Source: a virus (Duplodnaviria; Caudoviricetes). Taken from it: a DNA stretch of 55,554 nt. This document shows, piece after piece, positions 1 through 9,859 of the stretch. Position 1 is the first letter of the stretch. Every line of letters begins with the position of its first letter. The stretch lies in IMG/VR virus record IMGVR_UViG_3300048587_001023, positions 1 to 55,554 of that record; one strand, written 5' to 3'. The notes under the pieces were generated by a model, which ran no database searches, was not told the DNA's origin, and was given only the letters and a program-made list of their open reading frames with translations. The position numbers were made by a program, and so were the translations under genes.

Positions 1-60
1 AGCGGCTACCAGATCCTCTGGAATCCGGCGGTCGCCGAGATGCTGAAGGAGGCCGCATGA
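1..60 (+). CDS. 3' end of upstream phage gene (partial; possibly antirepressor-like)
   Basis: Frame 1 reads SGYQILWNPAVAEMLKEAA*; TGA 58-60 overlaps ATG 57 of the next gene. Confidence 0.5.
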   Translation, partial: SGYQILWNPAVAEMLKEAA

Positions 61-893
61 GCCTCCCCATCATCTCCGCGCAGCAGCGCATGGCCGAGCG
101 CAAGGGCGTGAAGCTGCTGATGCTCGGCAAATCCGGCATCGGCAAGACCACCCGCCTGCGTGATCTCGATCCGTCGACGACGCTCTTCATCGACATCGAG
201 GCCGGCGATCTCTCGGTAGCCGACTGGCCCGGCGACACCATCCGCCCGGCCTCCTGGCCGGAGTGCCGCGACCTGTTCGTGTACCTCGCGGGACCGGATC
301 GCTCACTGCCGCCGGAGGCCGCGTTCTCGGTCGCGCACTACGAGCACGTCATCGGCCAGTTCGGCGATGTCGCGCAGATCGACCGCTACGCCACCTTCTT
401 CGTCGACTCGATCACGCAGCTGTCGCGGCTGTGCTTTACCTGGTGCAAGTCGCAGCCGGGCGCCATCAGCGATCGCTCCGGGAAACCCGACCTGCGCGCG
501 GCCTACGGACTGCTCGGCCAGGAAATGGTCGGCGCGCTGACCCACCTGCAGCACGCCCGCGGCAAGAACGTGGTGTTCGTCGCGATCCTCGACGAGCGCC
601 TCGACGACTACAACCGCAGGGTCTTCGAGCCGCAGATCGAGGGCAGCAAGACTGGTCTGCAGATGCCGGGGATCGTCGACGAGGTCGTGACCCTGGCGGA
701 GATCAAGGCCGAGGACGGCAGCGCCTACCGCGCCTTCGTCACCCACACGCTGAACCCCTACGGCTTCCCGGCCAAAGACCGCTCCGGTCGCCTCGATCTG
801 CTCGAACCACCGGACCTCGGCGCACTGATCGCCAAGTGCGCGGCGAATGCCGCGTCGACCTCTTCGCCTGCCACCACCATTTCCAAGGAGTAA
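57..893 (+). CDS. Phage AAA ATPase (AAA_24/Sak4-like recombination protein)
   Basis: Walker A GKSGIGKT, Walker B FVDSIT, C-terminal AKDRSG; adjacent to an SSB-like gene. Confidence 0.85.
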   Translation: MSLPIISAQQRMAERKGVKLLMLGKSGIGKTTRLRDLDPSTTLFIDIEAGDLSVADWPGDTIRPASWPECRDLFVYLAGPDRSLPPEAAFSVAHYEHVIGQFGDVAQIDRYATFFVDSITQLSRLCFTWCKSQPGAISDRSGKPDLRAAYGLLGQEMVGALTHLQHARGKNVVFVAILDERLDDYNRRVFEPQIEGSKTGLQMPGIVDEVVTLAEIKAEDGSAYRAFVTHTLNPYGFPAKDRSGRLDLLEPPDLGALIAKCAANAASTSSPATTISKE

Positions 894-896
894 TCC

Positions 897-1544
897 ATGA
901 CCACGTCCAACGCTTCGAGCTGGAACGACTTCAACGACGCCGACACCCAGAGCGGCTTCGACCTGATCCCCAAGGGCACGCTGGTGCCGGTGCGCATGAC
1001 CATCAAGCCGGGCGGCTTCGATGAGCCGGCGCAGGGCTGGACGGGCGGCTACGCCACGCAGTCCTTCGAGACCGGCGCGGTGTACCTCGCCGCCGAGTTC
1101 GTCGTCACCGGCGGCGACTTCGCCAAGCGCAAGCTGTGGAGCAACATCGGCCTGTACTCGGCCAAGGGCCCGACCTGGGGCCAGATGGGCCGCAGCTTCC
1201 TCCGGGCCGCGCTCAACAGCGCCCGCAACGTCCACCCGCAGGACAACTCGCCGCCGGCGGTCGCCGCGCGCCGCATCGCCGGCTTCCACGAGCTCGACGG
1301 CCTGGAGTTCCTCGCCCGCGTCGACGTCGAGAAGGACGCCAAAGGCGGCGACCGCAATGTGGTGAAGCTCGCGGTGGAACCCGACCACCCCGACTACGCG
1401 CGCCTGATGGGTGTGCCGGCCCGCGCCCACGGCGCACCGTCGGCGCCCACGGCACGCGCCGCCTCAGCACCGGCGCATTCGCCCGCACCGGCATCCGCCA
1501 CGCCGGCACGCGCGCCCACCGGCAAGCCCGCGTGGGCGAGCTAA
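897..1544 (+). CDS. Putative phage single-stranded DNA-binding protein (DUF669-like)
   Basis: FDLIPKG N-terminus, Ala/Pro-rich tail ending KPAWA, RBS AAGGAG, position after the ATPase. Confidence 0.7.
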   Translation: MTTSNASSWNDFNDADTQSGFDLIPKGTLVPVRMTIKPGGFDEPAQGWTGGYATQSFETGAVYLAAEFVVTGGDFAKRKLWSNIGLYSAKGPTWGQMGRSFLRAALNSARNVHPQDNSPPAVAARRIAGFHELDGLEFLARVDVEKDAKGGDRNVVKLAVEPDHPDYARLMGVPARAHGAPSAPTARAASAPAHSPAPASATPARAPTGKPAWAS

Positions 1545-1553
1545 GGAGGGCCC

Positions 1554-2027
1554 TTGAAATGCTGGGTCTGCAAACGACAGGCGCGCGGGTTCGGCCATGC
1601 CGACACCCGCTTCAAGCCGACCGATCCGCGCCACCACCCCTGGGACTGGGTCTTCTGCTCGCGCCGCTGCCAGGACGCCTTTCACGCCCTGTACGGCCGC
1701 TGGAAAACCGCGCGCACCCAGGGAATCCCCATTCCGGAGACCGACATGATCGATGCCACTGAGATCGAGCGCGCGTGCCTGCAGAAGTGCTTGAAAGCCT
1801 TCGGCGCCGCCGCGGACGCGATCGGATTCGATAAGCCACTCGGCGAGTACGCCGAGCCCGAAGCCCTGCAGGTGATCGGCGCCATCGTCACCTGCTTCAC
1901 AAACGCGATGGCGGCTCACCACGAGATGGCGAAGTACCCGCCTGTGCGCGGCATGCCCGAAGTGCGCGACCCACTAACCGACTTCTCCGACCTGGAGGAC
2001 AAGGCGTTCTGGGAGAAGTCGCCATGA
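1554..2027 (+). CDS. Phage Cys-rich protein (DUF6511-like)
   Basis: CWVC...FCSRRC motif; TTG start after AAGGAGG. Confidence 0.65.
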   Translation: MKCWVCKRQARGFGHADTRFKPTDPRHHPWDWVFCSRRCQDAFHALYGRWKTARTQGIPIPETDMIDATEIERACLQKCLKAFGAAADAIGFDKPLGEYAEPEALQVIGAIVTCFTNAMAAHHEMAKYPPVRGMPEVRDPLTDFSDLEDKAFWEKSP

Positions 2028-2764
2028 CGCTCGACTTCAATGCAACGGCCAGCGTCAGCGGACAGGTCTCGGCGCGCATCGACCGAGGGCTGCAGGCGGC
2101 GCGCGCGAACGAGAAGTCGCGCGACTACCTCGGCGCCTCGCGCTTGGGTGTCGAGTGCGAGCGCGCGCTCCAGTTCGAGTACGCCAAAGCCCCGGTGGAC
2201 TACGGACGCGACGTCGACGGGCGGATGCTGCGCATCTTCCAGCGTGGCCACGTGATGGAAGACTGCATGGTGGCCTGGCTGCGCGATGCCGGCTTCGATC
2301 TGCGCACCCGCCGTGCCAACGGCGAGCAGTTCGGCTTCGCCGACGCCGACGGCCGACTGCGCGGGCACGTCGATGGCGTGATCGTCGGCGGACCGGACGG
2401 CTTCGCTTACCCGGCGCTGTGGGAGAACAAGTGTCTCGGCGCCAAGGCGTGGCGCGAGGTTGAGTCCAAGGGACTCGCCATCGCCAAGCCGGTCTATGCG
2501 GCGCAGGTGGCGCTGTACCAAGCGCATCTCGAACTGCACGAACACCCGGCGATCTTCACCGCGATCAACGCTGACTCGATGGAGATCTACGTTGAGCGCG
2601 TGCCGTTCAACGCGGCGCTGGCGCAGCAGATGACGGATCGCGCCGTGCGGGTGATCACTGCCACCGAGGCCGGCGAATTGCTTCCCCGCCGCTTCTTTGA
2701 CGCCACCCACTTCGAGTGCCGGATGTGCGCCTGGCAGGACCGCTGCTGGAGGGCCGCCGCATGA
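2024..2764 (+). CDS. PD-(D/E)XK exonuclease, Cas4-like
   Basis: YLGASRLG, GHVDG, WENK, QVALY and terminal CRMCAWQDRC. Confidence 0.8.
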   Translation: MTLDFNATASVSGQVSARIDRGLQAARANEKSRDYLGASRLGVECERALQFEYAKAPVDYGRDVDGRMLRIFQRGHVMEDCMVAWLRDAGFDLRTRRANGEQFGFADADGRLRGHVDGVIVGGPDGFAYPALWENKCLGAKAWREVESKGLAIAKPVYAAQVALYQAHLELHEHPAIFTAINADSMEIYVERVPFNAALAQQMTDRAVRVITATEAGELLPRRFFDATHFECRMCAWQDRCWRAAA

Positions 2765-2991
2765 CGACGCCCTCGGTCGATCTCGTGCTCGGCGAGAAAC
2801 TCGTCGACGCGCGCAGCGCTGCCATGAGTCTCAACCTGCCATTGCACTGGCTGGCACAGAAGCAGCAGCGCAAGTATCGCGGCATTCCGCACTACCGCGT
2901 CGGCAAGCTGGTGCGTTTCAAGCTCGGCGAACTGTTGGCCTGGATGCAGGCCCAGCAGCCGGACGCCTCCGAGGAGGCTGCCCATGCTTGA
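2761..2991 (+). CDS. Xis/AlpA-like helix-turn-helix protein
   Basis: GIPHYRVGKLVRFKLGELLAW; ATGA overlap with the upstream gene. Confidence 0.75.
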   Translation: MTTPSVDLVLGEKLVDARSAAMSLNLPLHWLAQKQQRKYRGIPHYRVGKLVRFKLGELLAWMQAQQPDASEEAAHA

Positions 2992-5263
2992 TTTCAACGA
3001 AGCCGACGCAGCTCCGCTCCCGGACCGCAGCGCGCAGCGTGATGCCGTGCGCGCGGCGCTGATCGCGCGGATCGACAGCGTGCTGTCGGTGCTGTTCCCG
3101 GCCGGCAAGAAGCGCAAAGGTCTGTTCCTGATCGGCGACGTGCTCGGCAGCCCCGGCGACAGCCTCGAGGTCGTGCTCGTCGGCGACAAGATCGGGCTGT
3201 GGACTGACCGCGCGACCGGCGATGGTGGCGATCTCTTCGATCTGATCGCTGCGGCGCGCGGCATCGATCCGTTGACTGACTTCCCGTGCCTGCTCGACGC
3301 GGCGTCAGACCTCGCAGGCCGAGTGCCGGCGATGCAGACCAAGCCGTCGCGCAAGGAAGCGCCGGTGGATGATCTCGGCCCGGCGACGGCGAAGTGGGAC
3401 TACCTCGACGCCGCCGGCAAGCTGATCGCGGTCGTCTACCGCTACGACCCGCCCGGGCGGAAGAAGGAGTTCCGCCCCTGGGATGCGCGTCGCCGCAAGA
3501 CGGCGCCGCCCGATCCGCGGCCGCTCTACCACCAGCCGGGAATCGTCGCTGCCGCGCAGGTGGTCCTGGTGGAAGGCGAGAAGTGTGCGCAGGCCTTGAT
3601 CGATGCGGGCATCTGCGCAACGACGGCCATGCACGGCGCCAACGCGCCGGTCGACAAGACTGATTGGTTGCCGCTGGCCGGCAAGGCCGTGCTTATCTGG
3701 CCGGATCGCGACAAGCCCGGCTGGGAGTACGCCACGCTTGCGGCGCAGGCAATCCTGTCGGCCGGCGCCAAAACCTGTCACATCCTGTACCCGCCCGAGG
3801 AAGCCGCGGACGGCTGGGACGCCGCGGACGCGGTGGCGGAAGGCTTCGATGTCGCCACTTTCCTCACCCACGGCCCGCGTCTGCAGATGCATGACCTGGC
3901 TGACGATGTCGATCCGGTAGCCAGCAGCGACGAATCCGTCTGGGGCACTGAAGACGCGCTGGCGCTGGCCTTCACCCGCCGCTACCACCGCGACTGGCGT
4001 TACGTGGCTGCGTGGGGACGTTGGCTGGTGTGGGACGGACAACGCTGGCGTACTGAAGACACGCTGGCCGCCACCGACCTGATCCGTAGCGTCTGCCGCC
4101 AGACGGCGGTACGTGCCGACAACCCCAAGGTCGCCGCCAAGCTGGCGAGCGCCAGCACCGTCAGCGGCGTGGAACGGCTGGCGCGCGCCGATCGCAGGCA
4201 CGCGGCCACCACGGACGAATGGGACGCCGATCCGTGGCTGCTCAACACGCCCGGTGGCGTGGTTGATCTCAGGACCGGTCGCAAGCGCGCGAACGACCGC
4301 GCCGACCGGATGACGAAGATCACCACCGCCACGCCGGGCGGCGACTGTCCGCAATGGATGGCATTCCTCTCGGACATCGCGGGTGGCGATGTTGACCTGC
4401 AGACCTACCTGCAGCGGATGGCCGGCTATTGCCTGACCGGCGTGACCAGCGCCCACGCGCTGTTCTTCCTCTACGGCACGGGTGCGAACGGCAAGAGCGT
4501 GTTCGCCAACGTCATCAGCACCATCCTCGGCGACTACGCCGCCACGGCGTCGATGGACACCTTCGTCGAAACCCGTGGCGACCGCCATCCGACCGACCTG
4601 GCGGGCCTGCGCGGCGCGCGCTTCGTGACGGCCATTGAGACCGAACAGGGACGGCGCTTGAACGAGTCCAAGGTCAAGGCCATCACCGGCGGCGACAAGA
4701 TCTCCGCGCGCTTCATGCGCCAGGACTTCTTCGAGTACACGCCGCAGTTCAAACCGGTGATCGTCGGCAACCACAAGCCTGCCATCCGCAACATCGACGA
4801 GGCGATGAAGCGGCGGATGCACATGATCCCCTTCACGGTGACGATTCCGCCCGAGCGGCGCGATGGCCGCCTGACCGAGAAGCTGCTGGCCGAGCGCGAT
4901 GGGATTCTGGCGTGGGCGGTGGCCGGCTGCCTTGCGTGGCAGCGCGAAGGGTTGAAGCCGCCCGCCTGCGTGGTGTCGGCGACCGAAGAGTATTTCGAAG
5001 CCGAGGATGCGCTGGGCCGCTGGCTCGATGAGCGCTGCGTGCGCGCGCCGAACGCCAAGTCACTGACCGCGGAACTGTTCACCGACTGGAAGCAATGGGC
5101 CGAAGCCGCCGGTGAGTTTGTCGGCGCTCAACGCCGATTCTCCGACCTGCTGATCACGCGCGGCGTCGAGAAGTGGCGCAACGGCGCAGGCGTGCGGGGA
5201 TTTCAGGGCATTGGCCTCAAGCACACGCCTACGCCCGCTTACACCCCTTACGCCGACGACTGA
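2984..5263 (+). CDS. Phage/plasmid primase-helicase, P4/D5 family
   Basis: TOPRIM motifs VEGEKCA and WPDRD; SF3 helicase Walker A GTGANGKS. Confidence 0.92.
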   Translation: MLDFNEADAAPLPDRSAQRDAVRAALIARIDSVLSVLFPAGKKRKGLFLIGDVLGSPGDSLEVVLVGDKIGLWTDRATGDGGDLFDLIAAARGIDPLTDFPCLLDAASDLAGRVPAMQTKPSRKEAPVDDLGPATAKWDYLDAAGKLIAVVYRYDPPGRKKEFRPWDARRRKTAPPDPRPLYHQPGIVAAAQVVLVEGEKCAQALIDAGICATTAMHGANAPVDKTDWLPLAGKAVLIWPDRDKPGWEYATLAAQAILSAGAKTCHILYPPEEAADGWDAADAVAEGFDVATFLTHGPRLQMHDLADDVDPVASSDESVWGTEDALALAFTRRYHRDWRYVAAWGRWLVWDGQRWRTEDTLAATDLIRSVCRQTAVRADNPKVAAKLASASTVSGVERLARADRRHAATTDEWDADPWLLNTPGGVVDLRTGRKRANDRADRMTKITTATPGGDCPQWMAFLSDIAGGDVDLQTYLQRMAGYCLTGVTSAHALFFLYGTGANGKSVFANVISTILGDYAATASMDTFVETRGDRHPTDLAGLRGARFVTAIETEQGRRLNESKVKAITGGDKISARFMRQDFFEYTPQFKPVIVGNHKPAIRNIDEAMKRRMHMIPFTVTIPPERRDGRLTEKLLAERDGILAWAVAGCLAWQREGLKPPACVVSATEEYFEAEDALGRWLDERCVRAPNAKSLTAELFTDWKQWAEAAGEFVGAQRRFSDLLITRGVEKWRNGAGVRGFQGIGLKHTPTPAYTPYADD

Positions 5264-5282
5264 TCGCAATGAAAACCACGTC

Positions 5283-5379
5283 GCCTGACGCAGCGGACGC
5301 AGTTGCACGTAACTCTCTATACGCGTGTACGCGCGCGCCTCATGGAAAGTTACGTCAAGCCGTGTCGACTGCGTCAGGC
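5283..5379. repeat. Long interrupted palindrome, candidate replication origin
   Basis: GCCTGACGCAG/CTGCGTCAGGC outer arms, ACGTAACT/AGTTACGT inner arms; directly downstream of the primase gene. Confidence 0.6.
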
Positions 5380-5403
5380 CAGCCAAGACCAAGGACTGAC
5401 ACC

Positions 5404-5868
5404 ATGACTACGAAGATCCTCGCCCTCGATCTGGGCACCACCACCGGCTGGGCGCTGCGCGGCAGCGACGGCGTCATCACCAGCGGCAGCGCGAACTTCC
5501 GACCGCAACGCTTCGAAGGCGGCGGCATGCGCTTCCTGCGCTTCAAGCGCTGGCTCGCGGAACTCAAGGACATGACCGGCGGCGTTGATGCGCTGCACTT
5601 CGAGGAAGTGCGCCGGCATGTCTCGACCGACGCGGCGCACGCCTACGGTGGCTTCCTTGCCACGCTCACTGCCTGGTGCGAGAACCACCAGATCCCCTAC
5701 CAAGGCGTGCCGGTCGGCACGATCAAGAAGCACGCCACCGGCAAGGGCAACGCCAGCAAAGAGCAGGTGATCGCGGTGATGACCGCCCGCGGACACGCAC
5801 CGGTCGACGACAACGAAGCCGATGCGCTGGCCCTGTTGCACTGGGCCATCGCCGGACAGGAGGGCTGA
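5404..5868 (+). CDS. RuvC-like Holliday junction resolvase (phage type)
   Basis: ILALDLG, HFEEV, IKKHATGKGNASK, DDNEADALA. Confidence 0.8.
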   Translation: MTTKILALDLGTTTGWALRGSDGVITSGSANFRPQRFEGGGMRFLRFKRWLAELKDMTGGVDALHFEEVRRHVSTDAAHAYGGFLATLTAWCENHQIPYQGVPVGTIKKHATGKGNASKEQVIAVMTARGHAPVDDNEADALALLHWAIAGQEG

Positions 5869-5869
5869 G

Positions 5870-6082
5870 ATGAAGATCCCGACCCCGAGCTATCGCTGCG
5901 CTTTGGCCCGCCTGCAACCGGAGACCCGACCCGATCCCGAGCAGATCAAGCGCGACGGCTGGCGCACCCAGCACATCCTGGTCGTCTCGCCCGACGACTC
6001 GCGCTTGGACTGGATCGAACGTGAACTGCTGCGGCAGATCGGCGAGCGCCTGTACGGCGCCAAGGAGCGTCGCCATGGCTGA
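5870..6082 (+). CDS. Phage hypothetical protein
   Basis: 70-aa ORF MKIPTPSYRC with RBS, tightly packed between neighbours. Confidence 0.65.
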   Translation: MKIPTPSYRCALARLQPETRPDPEQIKRDGWRTQHILVVSPDDSRLDWIERELLRQIGERLYGAKERRHG

Positions 6083-6458
6083 CTGGACGATCCAACGCGT
6101 CGCCGATCGCTTCGACGAAGCGGCGCGCGTGGCACAGCGCCTGCCGCCCGTGCGGGTGCAGGGCTACTTCAACAACTGGCCGGCCATCCGTCGCATGCCG
6201 TGGGAGAACCTCGGTGCGGAACCGCCCAGGCTCCGCCTGCCGCCGTCACCCGCGGCGATCGACCGCATGATCGAAACCATGGGTTGGGTGCAGTGGCTCG
6301 ACGAGGAGCGCCGGCACCTGGTGTGGATGCGCGCACAGCACTATGGCTGGCGCGACATCACCCACCGTTTCGGCTGTGACCGCAGCACCGCGTGGCGGCG
6401 CTGGCAGGCGTCGCTCGGCTACGTGGCGGCACGACTGAACGTGGATGCTGCTCGGTAG
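6075..6458 (+). CDS. DUF6362-like HTH protein, probable late-gene activator
   Basis: Sigma region-4-like C-terminus (WRDITHRFGCDRSTAWRRW); last gene before the cos/packaging region. Confidence 0.65.
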   Translation: MADWTIQRVADRFDEAARVAQRLPPVRVQGYFNNWPAIRRMPWENLGAEPPRLRLPPSPAAIDRMIETMGWVQWLDEERRHLVWMRAQHYGWRDITHRFGCDRSTAWRRWQASLGYVAARLNVDAAR

Positions 6459-6614
6459 GGTTTTGGCGTGTTTTGGCGCGTAGGGTGCTGAGATTGCGGT
6501 GGCAGTGGGGCATGCGCGGCGATGAGGCCACGCAACAAATTCGACGATCCGGCGTAGGATTTCATCCATGCTCGGTGGCTCTGGCGATACAGAGCTCGCC
6601 ACCGGGAAATCGAT

Positions 6615-6710
6615 GGGTCCTCCCTGCGGAAGATCCCATGCGGGGGGCGCGAGCGCGCAACCCTTCTAGCGTCTGATCGCAAACCAAGGTTTGCAGGGTT
6701 TGCGGTTTGC
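6615..6710 (+). other. Putative cos packaging site (cosQ-cosN-cosB-like)
   Basis: GGGTCCT (6615-6621) equals lambda cosQ; TGCGGGGGGCGCGAGCGCGCA follows at lambda-like spacing; four GGTTTGC boxes at 6679-6710, one inverted; phage encodes a GpA-type terminase. Confidence 0.6.
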
Positions 6711-6730
6711 ACCCCGCCACACACCAGCAC

Positions 6731-6770
6731 AGGCCCGCCCACGTCCCCACGTCGGCGGGCCTTTTCGTTT
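6731..6770 (+). terminator. Intrinsic terminator-like hairpin
   Basis: AGGCCCGCC...GGCGGGCCT followed by TTTCGTTT. Confidence 0.5.
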
Positions 6771-6852
6771 CGGGGCGACAGCGCCGACGCGGCCCGGACG
6801 GGCCTCACTCCACCCGTCTGGGCCGCACCTATCCGAGGATCCGCTTCTGAAC

Positions 6853-8241
6853 ATGCTCAACGTCGAGTACCGCAAGGTCGCGGCGCTGATTCCCTATGCG
6901 CGCAACCCGCGCACGCATAGCGAGACGCAGGTGGCCAAGATCGCCGCCAGCATCGTCGAGTACGGCTGGACCAACCCGGTTCTGGTCGACGGCGACAACG
7001 GCGTCATCGCCGGCCACGGCCGACTGGCTGCCGCGCGCAAGCTCGGCTTGGACGAGGTGCCGGTGATTGAACTGGTTCACCTGTCGCCGACGCAGAAGCG
7101 CGCCTATGTGATCTCCGACAATCGGCTGGCGCTCGATGCCGGCTGGGACGAGGAACTGCTCGCGCTGGAGTTGGCCGAGTTGTCTGAAGCCGGCTACGAC
7201 CTGGATCTGACCGGCTTCGATGAGGCTGAGATCGAGGGCTTGCTGACGGACGATGGTGCCGATGCACCGACGGAAGCCGACGAGGCCGACAGCGAGGAAA
7301 TTCCAGAACCGCCGGTAACGCCGGTGTCCCGCCATGGCGATATCTGGGCGTTGGGTGAGCACCGGATCATCTGTGGCGACGCCGCCGATCCGTCGGTGAT
7401 CGCCGCGCTGATGCAGGGTGCGACCGCGCGCCTGTGCATCACCTCACCGCCCTACGGCAACCAGCGCGACTACACCTCCGGCGGCATTGCCGATTGGGAT
7501 GGCCTGATGCGCGGGGTGTTTGCCCAACTGCCGATAGCCGACGACGGCCAGGTCCTGGTCAACCTCGGCCTGATCCACCGCGACAACGAAGTCGTCCCGT
7601 ACTGGAACGCCTGGCTCGAGTGGATGCGCGCGCAGGGCTGGCGCCGGTTCGGCTGGTATGTCTGGGACCAAGGACCGGGCATGCCCGGCGATTGGCAGGG
7701 ACGACTGGCGCCGAGCTTCGAGTTCGTCTTCCACTTTAATCGCCAGAGCCGCAAACCCCACAAGATCGTGCCCTGCAAGCACGCAGGCCTGGAGTCGCAT
7801 CTGCGTGCCGATGGCAGTTCCACTGCGATGCGCGGCAAGGATGGCGAGGTCGGCGGCTGGACCCACCACGGCCAGCCGACGCAGGACACCCGCATTCCCG
7901 ATTCGGTGATCCGGGTGATGCGCCACAAAGGCAAGATCGGTCAGGGCATCGACCATCCCGCAGTATTCCCGGTCGCGCTGCCAGAGTTCGTCATCGAGGC
8001 CTACTCGGACGCAGGCGATCTCGTATTCGAACCCTTCGGCGGCAGCGGCACGACGATGCTGGCCGCGCAGCGTACGGGCCGGGTTTGCCGGTCGGTGGAG
8101 ATTGCGCCGGAGTACGTGGATGTCGCCATCCGGCGCTTCCAGCAGAACTACCCCACTGTCGCGGTCACGCTGCTGGCCAGCGGCAAGACGTTCGAAGCCG
8201 TCGCAGACGAACGGTTGCAGCCTGCGGAGGCCGCGCCATGA
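6853..8241 (+). CDS. ParB-domain DNA methyltransferase (SPPY motif; probably m4C)
   Basis: ParB/Srx motif IAGHGRL, catalytic TSPPY, SAM motif EPFGGSGTT. Confidence 0.9.
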   Translation: MLNVEYRKVAALIPYARNPRTHSETQVAKIAASIVEYGWTNPVLVDGDNGVIAGHGRLAAARKLGLDEVPVIELVHLSPTQKRAYVISDNRLALDAGWDEELLALELAELSEAGYDLDLTGFDEAEIEGLLTDDGADAPTEADEADSEEIPEPPVTPVSRHGDIWALGEHRIICGDAADPSVIAALMQGATARLCITSPPYGNQRDYTSGGIADWDGLMRGVFAQLPIADDGQVLVNLGLIHRDNEVVPYWNAWLEWMRAQGWRRFGWYVWDQGPGMPGDWQGRLAPSFEFVFHFNRQSRKPHKIVPCKHAGLESHLRADGSSTAMRGKDGEVGGWTHHGQPTQDTRIPDSVIRVMRHKGKIGQGIDHPAVFPVALPEFVIEAYSDAGDLVFEPFGGSGTTMLAAQRTGRVCRSVEIAPEYVDVAIRRFQQNYPTVAVTLLASGKTFEAVADERLQPAEAAP

Positions 8242-9548
8242 CCGCAGCGTGGTTCGCCGATCGGATCGAGCAGTGGCCGACGGCCAAGCTCCTCCCGTAT
8301 GCCAGAAACGCCCGAACCCATAGCGACGAGCAGGTCGCGCAGATTGCCGCATCGATTGCCGAGTTCGGCTTCACCAATCCGATCCTGGCCGGCGGCGACG
8401 GCGTGATCGTTGCCGGGCATGGCCGCCTCGCAGCCGCCCACAAATTGGGCCTGCAGGTGGTGCCGGTGGTCGTGCTCGACCATCTGAGCCCGACGCAGCG
8501 CCGGGCGTTGGTGATCGCGGATAACCGCATCGCCGAGAACGCCGGCTGGGATGACGCGATGCTGCGCATCGAGCTGACGGCGTTACAGGACGAAGACTTC
8601 GATGTAGCGCTGACGGGCTTCGATGCTGATGCGCTGGCGGAGTTGATGGCCGGCGACGAGCCGGACGGTGATGGCGCTACCGATGATGACGACGTGCCGG
8701 AGACGGCCGAGACTGCGGTTTCGCGTCCGGGCGATGTCTGGCTGCTCGGCGAGCATCGACTGCTGTGCGGCGATGCCACCGTCGCAGCGTCCTACGAGCG
8801 GTTGCTGGGTGACCAGCACGCCGACATGGTGTTCACCGATCCGCCGTACAACGTCAACTACGCCAACAGCGCCAAGGACAAACTGCGCGGCAAGGACCGC
8901 GCGATCCTCAACGACAACCTGGGCGATGGCTTCTACGATTTCCTGCTGGCAGCACTGACGCCGACCCTCGCGCGCTGTCAGGGCGGTGTTTACGTCGCCA
9001 TGTCGTCAAGCGAATTGGATGTGCTGCAGGCCGCCTTCCGCGCGGCCGGCGGTCGCTGGTCGACCTTCATCATCTGGGCCAAGCACACCTTCACGCTCGG
9101 CCGCGCCGACTACCAGCGCCAGTACGAGCCGATCCTGTACGGATGGCGCGAGGGTGCGCAGCGCCACTGGTGCGGCGACCGCGACCAGGGCGATGTCTGG
9201 AATATCAAAAAACCGCAGAAGAACGACCTGCACCCGACGATGAAGCCGGTGGAGTTGGTCGAGCGCGCGATCCGCAATTCCAGTCGCCCCGGCGACGTGG
9301 TACTTGATCCCTTCGGCGGCTCCGGCACGACGCTGATCGCGGCCGAGAAATCGGGACGGCAGGCGCGGCTGATCGAACTCGACCCGAAGTACGTCGACGT
9401 GATCGTGCGCCGCTGGCAGGACTGGTCGGGAAAGTCCGCCACCCGTGAATCTGATGGGGTGGCGTTCGATGCGTTGTCGGGCTCGCCGGCTCAGTCGCCG
9501 GCGGACTCCTCGACGATGCCGCAGTGCGTGACGAACCCCGTCAGGTAA
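8238..9548 (+). CDS. ParB-domain DNA methyltransferase (DPPY motif; probably m6A)
   Basis: VAGHGRL, TDPPY, HPTMKP, DPFGGSGTT; ATGA overlap with the first methyltransferase. Confidence 0.9.
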   Translation: MTAAWFADRIEQWPTAKLLPYARNARTHSDEQVAQIAASIAEFGFTNPILAGGDGVIVAGHGRLAAAHKLGLQVVPVVVLDHLSPTQRRALVIADNRIAENAGWDDAMLRIELTALQDEDFDVALTGFDADALAELMAGDEPDGDGATDDDDVPETAETAVSRPGDVWLLGEHRLLCGDATVAASYERLLGDQHADMVFTDPPYNVNYANSAKDKLRGKDRAILNDNLGDGFYDFLLAALTPTLARCQGGVYVAMSSSELDVLQAAFRAAGGRWSTFIIWAKHTFTLGRADYQRQYEPILYGWREGAQRHWCGDRDQGDVWNIKKPQKNDLHPTMKPVELVERAIRNSSRPGDVVLDPFGGSGTTLIAAEKSGRQARLIELDPKYVDVIVRRWQDWSGKSATRESDGVAFDALSGSPAQSPADSSTMPQCVTNPVR

Positions 9549-9859
9549 GCCAGGCCGCGGGGGATCCCGTAGTCGCGGCTGACCTGTCGACCGATGGTCC
9601 AGGCGTTCCAACGTTGCGTGGCGGCGTCGATCGACTGCTGCACGCTTTGCCCGCTGTGAATGCCATCGCGTACCTCGTCGGCAAAGTGTCGCCCGTAGCG
9701 ACTGTCGAGGAAGGCGCGGACGGCCTCCAGGCTGCAATCGGTCGCGTCGGCAATCGCGCCCATGGCCAGCGGCCAAGCAGCGTCAGCGTACGGGCCCATG
9801 GTGCCGAAGAATCCCCAGCCTTCGTTCTGGGTGGCGGGGATGGATGGGGTGCGGGTCAT
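9491..9859 (-). CDS. Phage hypothetical protein (122 aa)
   Basis: MTRTPSIPATQNEGWGFFG...FLDSRYGRHFAD; RBS AGGAGA; preceded by the repeated motif. Confidence 0.75.
   Translation of the reverse strand: MTRTPSIPATQNEGWGFFGTMGPYADAAWPLAMGAIADATDCSLEAVRAFLDSRYGRHFADEVRDGIHSGQSVQQSIDAATQRWNAWTIGRQVSRDYGIPRGLAYLTGFVTHCGIVEESAGD

Noticed and set aside
2024-2764. Cas4-like nuclease suggesting a CRISPR locus
   Set aside because: No repeat-spacer array or other cas genes; it sits in a normal phage recombination module.
6691-6852. N-terminal extensions given in the ORF track (e.g. starts at 6691, 8085, 29473, 43503, 49038, 51808)
   Set aside because: They cross hairpins or neighbouring genes; downstream ATGs with RBS or stop/start overlaps are better starts.
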